The position numbers and the translations under genes were made by a program. Positions 63,700 to 64,000 of a DNA stretch of 64,000 nt are shown piece by piece (position 1 is the first letter of the stretch; every line of letters starts with the position of its first letter). The stretch lies in NCBI RefSeq assembly GCF_963921235.1, contig NC_086097.1, positions 231,200,001-231,264,000 on the forward strand, read 5' to 3'. The notes under the pieces were generated by a model. The model did not search any database and was not told where the DNA came from. It was given only the letters and a program-made list of their open reading frames with translations. Source of the DNA: Mobula hypostoma. Its lineage: Eukaryota.

Positions 63700-64000
63700 T
63701 GGCGGGAGGAGGCAATAGCAGTGCACCGCACGCGCGCAGCTCTCCGGTGAAAATGATATCGTATCTGTTAAATAGGGGCCGTGGACTTCTGATTTGATGG
63801 AGACAGACGTGAAAGCACAGAGGAACATCTGGAGAAATTTCTGAAATGCTGGTTTGCTGCTGCTGTTACTGTGCGATCGAGAATCTTCCGAGGGAAGGCC
63901 TCAAAATCCCCGACTTTGCCTGCTGCTGGCGACCGAGATTGAGGTCGAATCATTCGGATACAGATGGTGCTCAGTACTCGGTGTCGGAGGACTGATCGGA
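63700..64000 (+). mobile_element. Non-autonomous retroposon (family of 18535-19206), cut off by the window end
   Basis: GATTTGATGGAGACAGACGTGA...GCACAGAGGAACATCTG shared with 18625-18670. Confidence 0.75.

Noticed and set aside
1..64000. CRISPR array, prokaryotic operon or defence system
   Set aside because: No regularly spaced repeat-spacer array or gene-dense structure; the window is vertebrate repeat-rich DNA

Overview
Repeat-dense eukaryotic (vertebrate) DNA. The repeat set (Neptune-type Penelope, CR1, Rex/Babar, V-SINE-like and RTE-tailed SINEs) suggests a cartilaginous fish, probably a ray; this is an inference. Only one host coding exon is recognisable: the first coding exon of an L3MBTL3-like Polycomb/MBT gene on the minus strand (28990-29171). 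The rest is probably intronic and filled with nested transposons: a full-length decayed L1 with a 17-bp TSD (carrying a near-intact CsRn1-like Gypsy, a Tigger and a non-autonomous retroposon), two decayed Gypsy elements, CR1, RTE and Rex fragments, three Tigger-like copies, a Harbinger MITE, a hAT remnant and LTRs. Three patterns stand out. (1) Six Penelope insertions are fold-backs of two outward-facing 3' ends; five have 13-16 bp TSDs, the short arm ends at a fixed point, and in one case the arms appear to come from different source copies. (2) The pseudo-LTRs carry minimal hammerhead ribozymes. (3) One LTR insertion has two left ends (inverted LTR) yet a clean 4-bp TSD. All family assignments come from motif recognition by eye; no database search was run.
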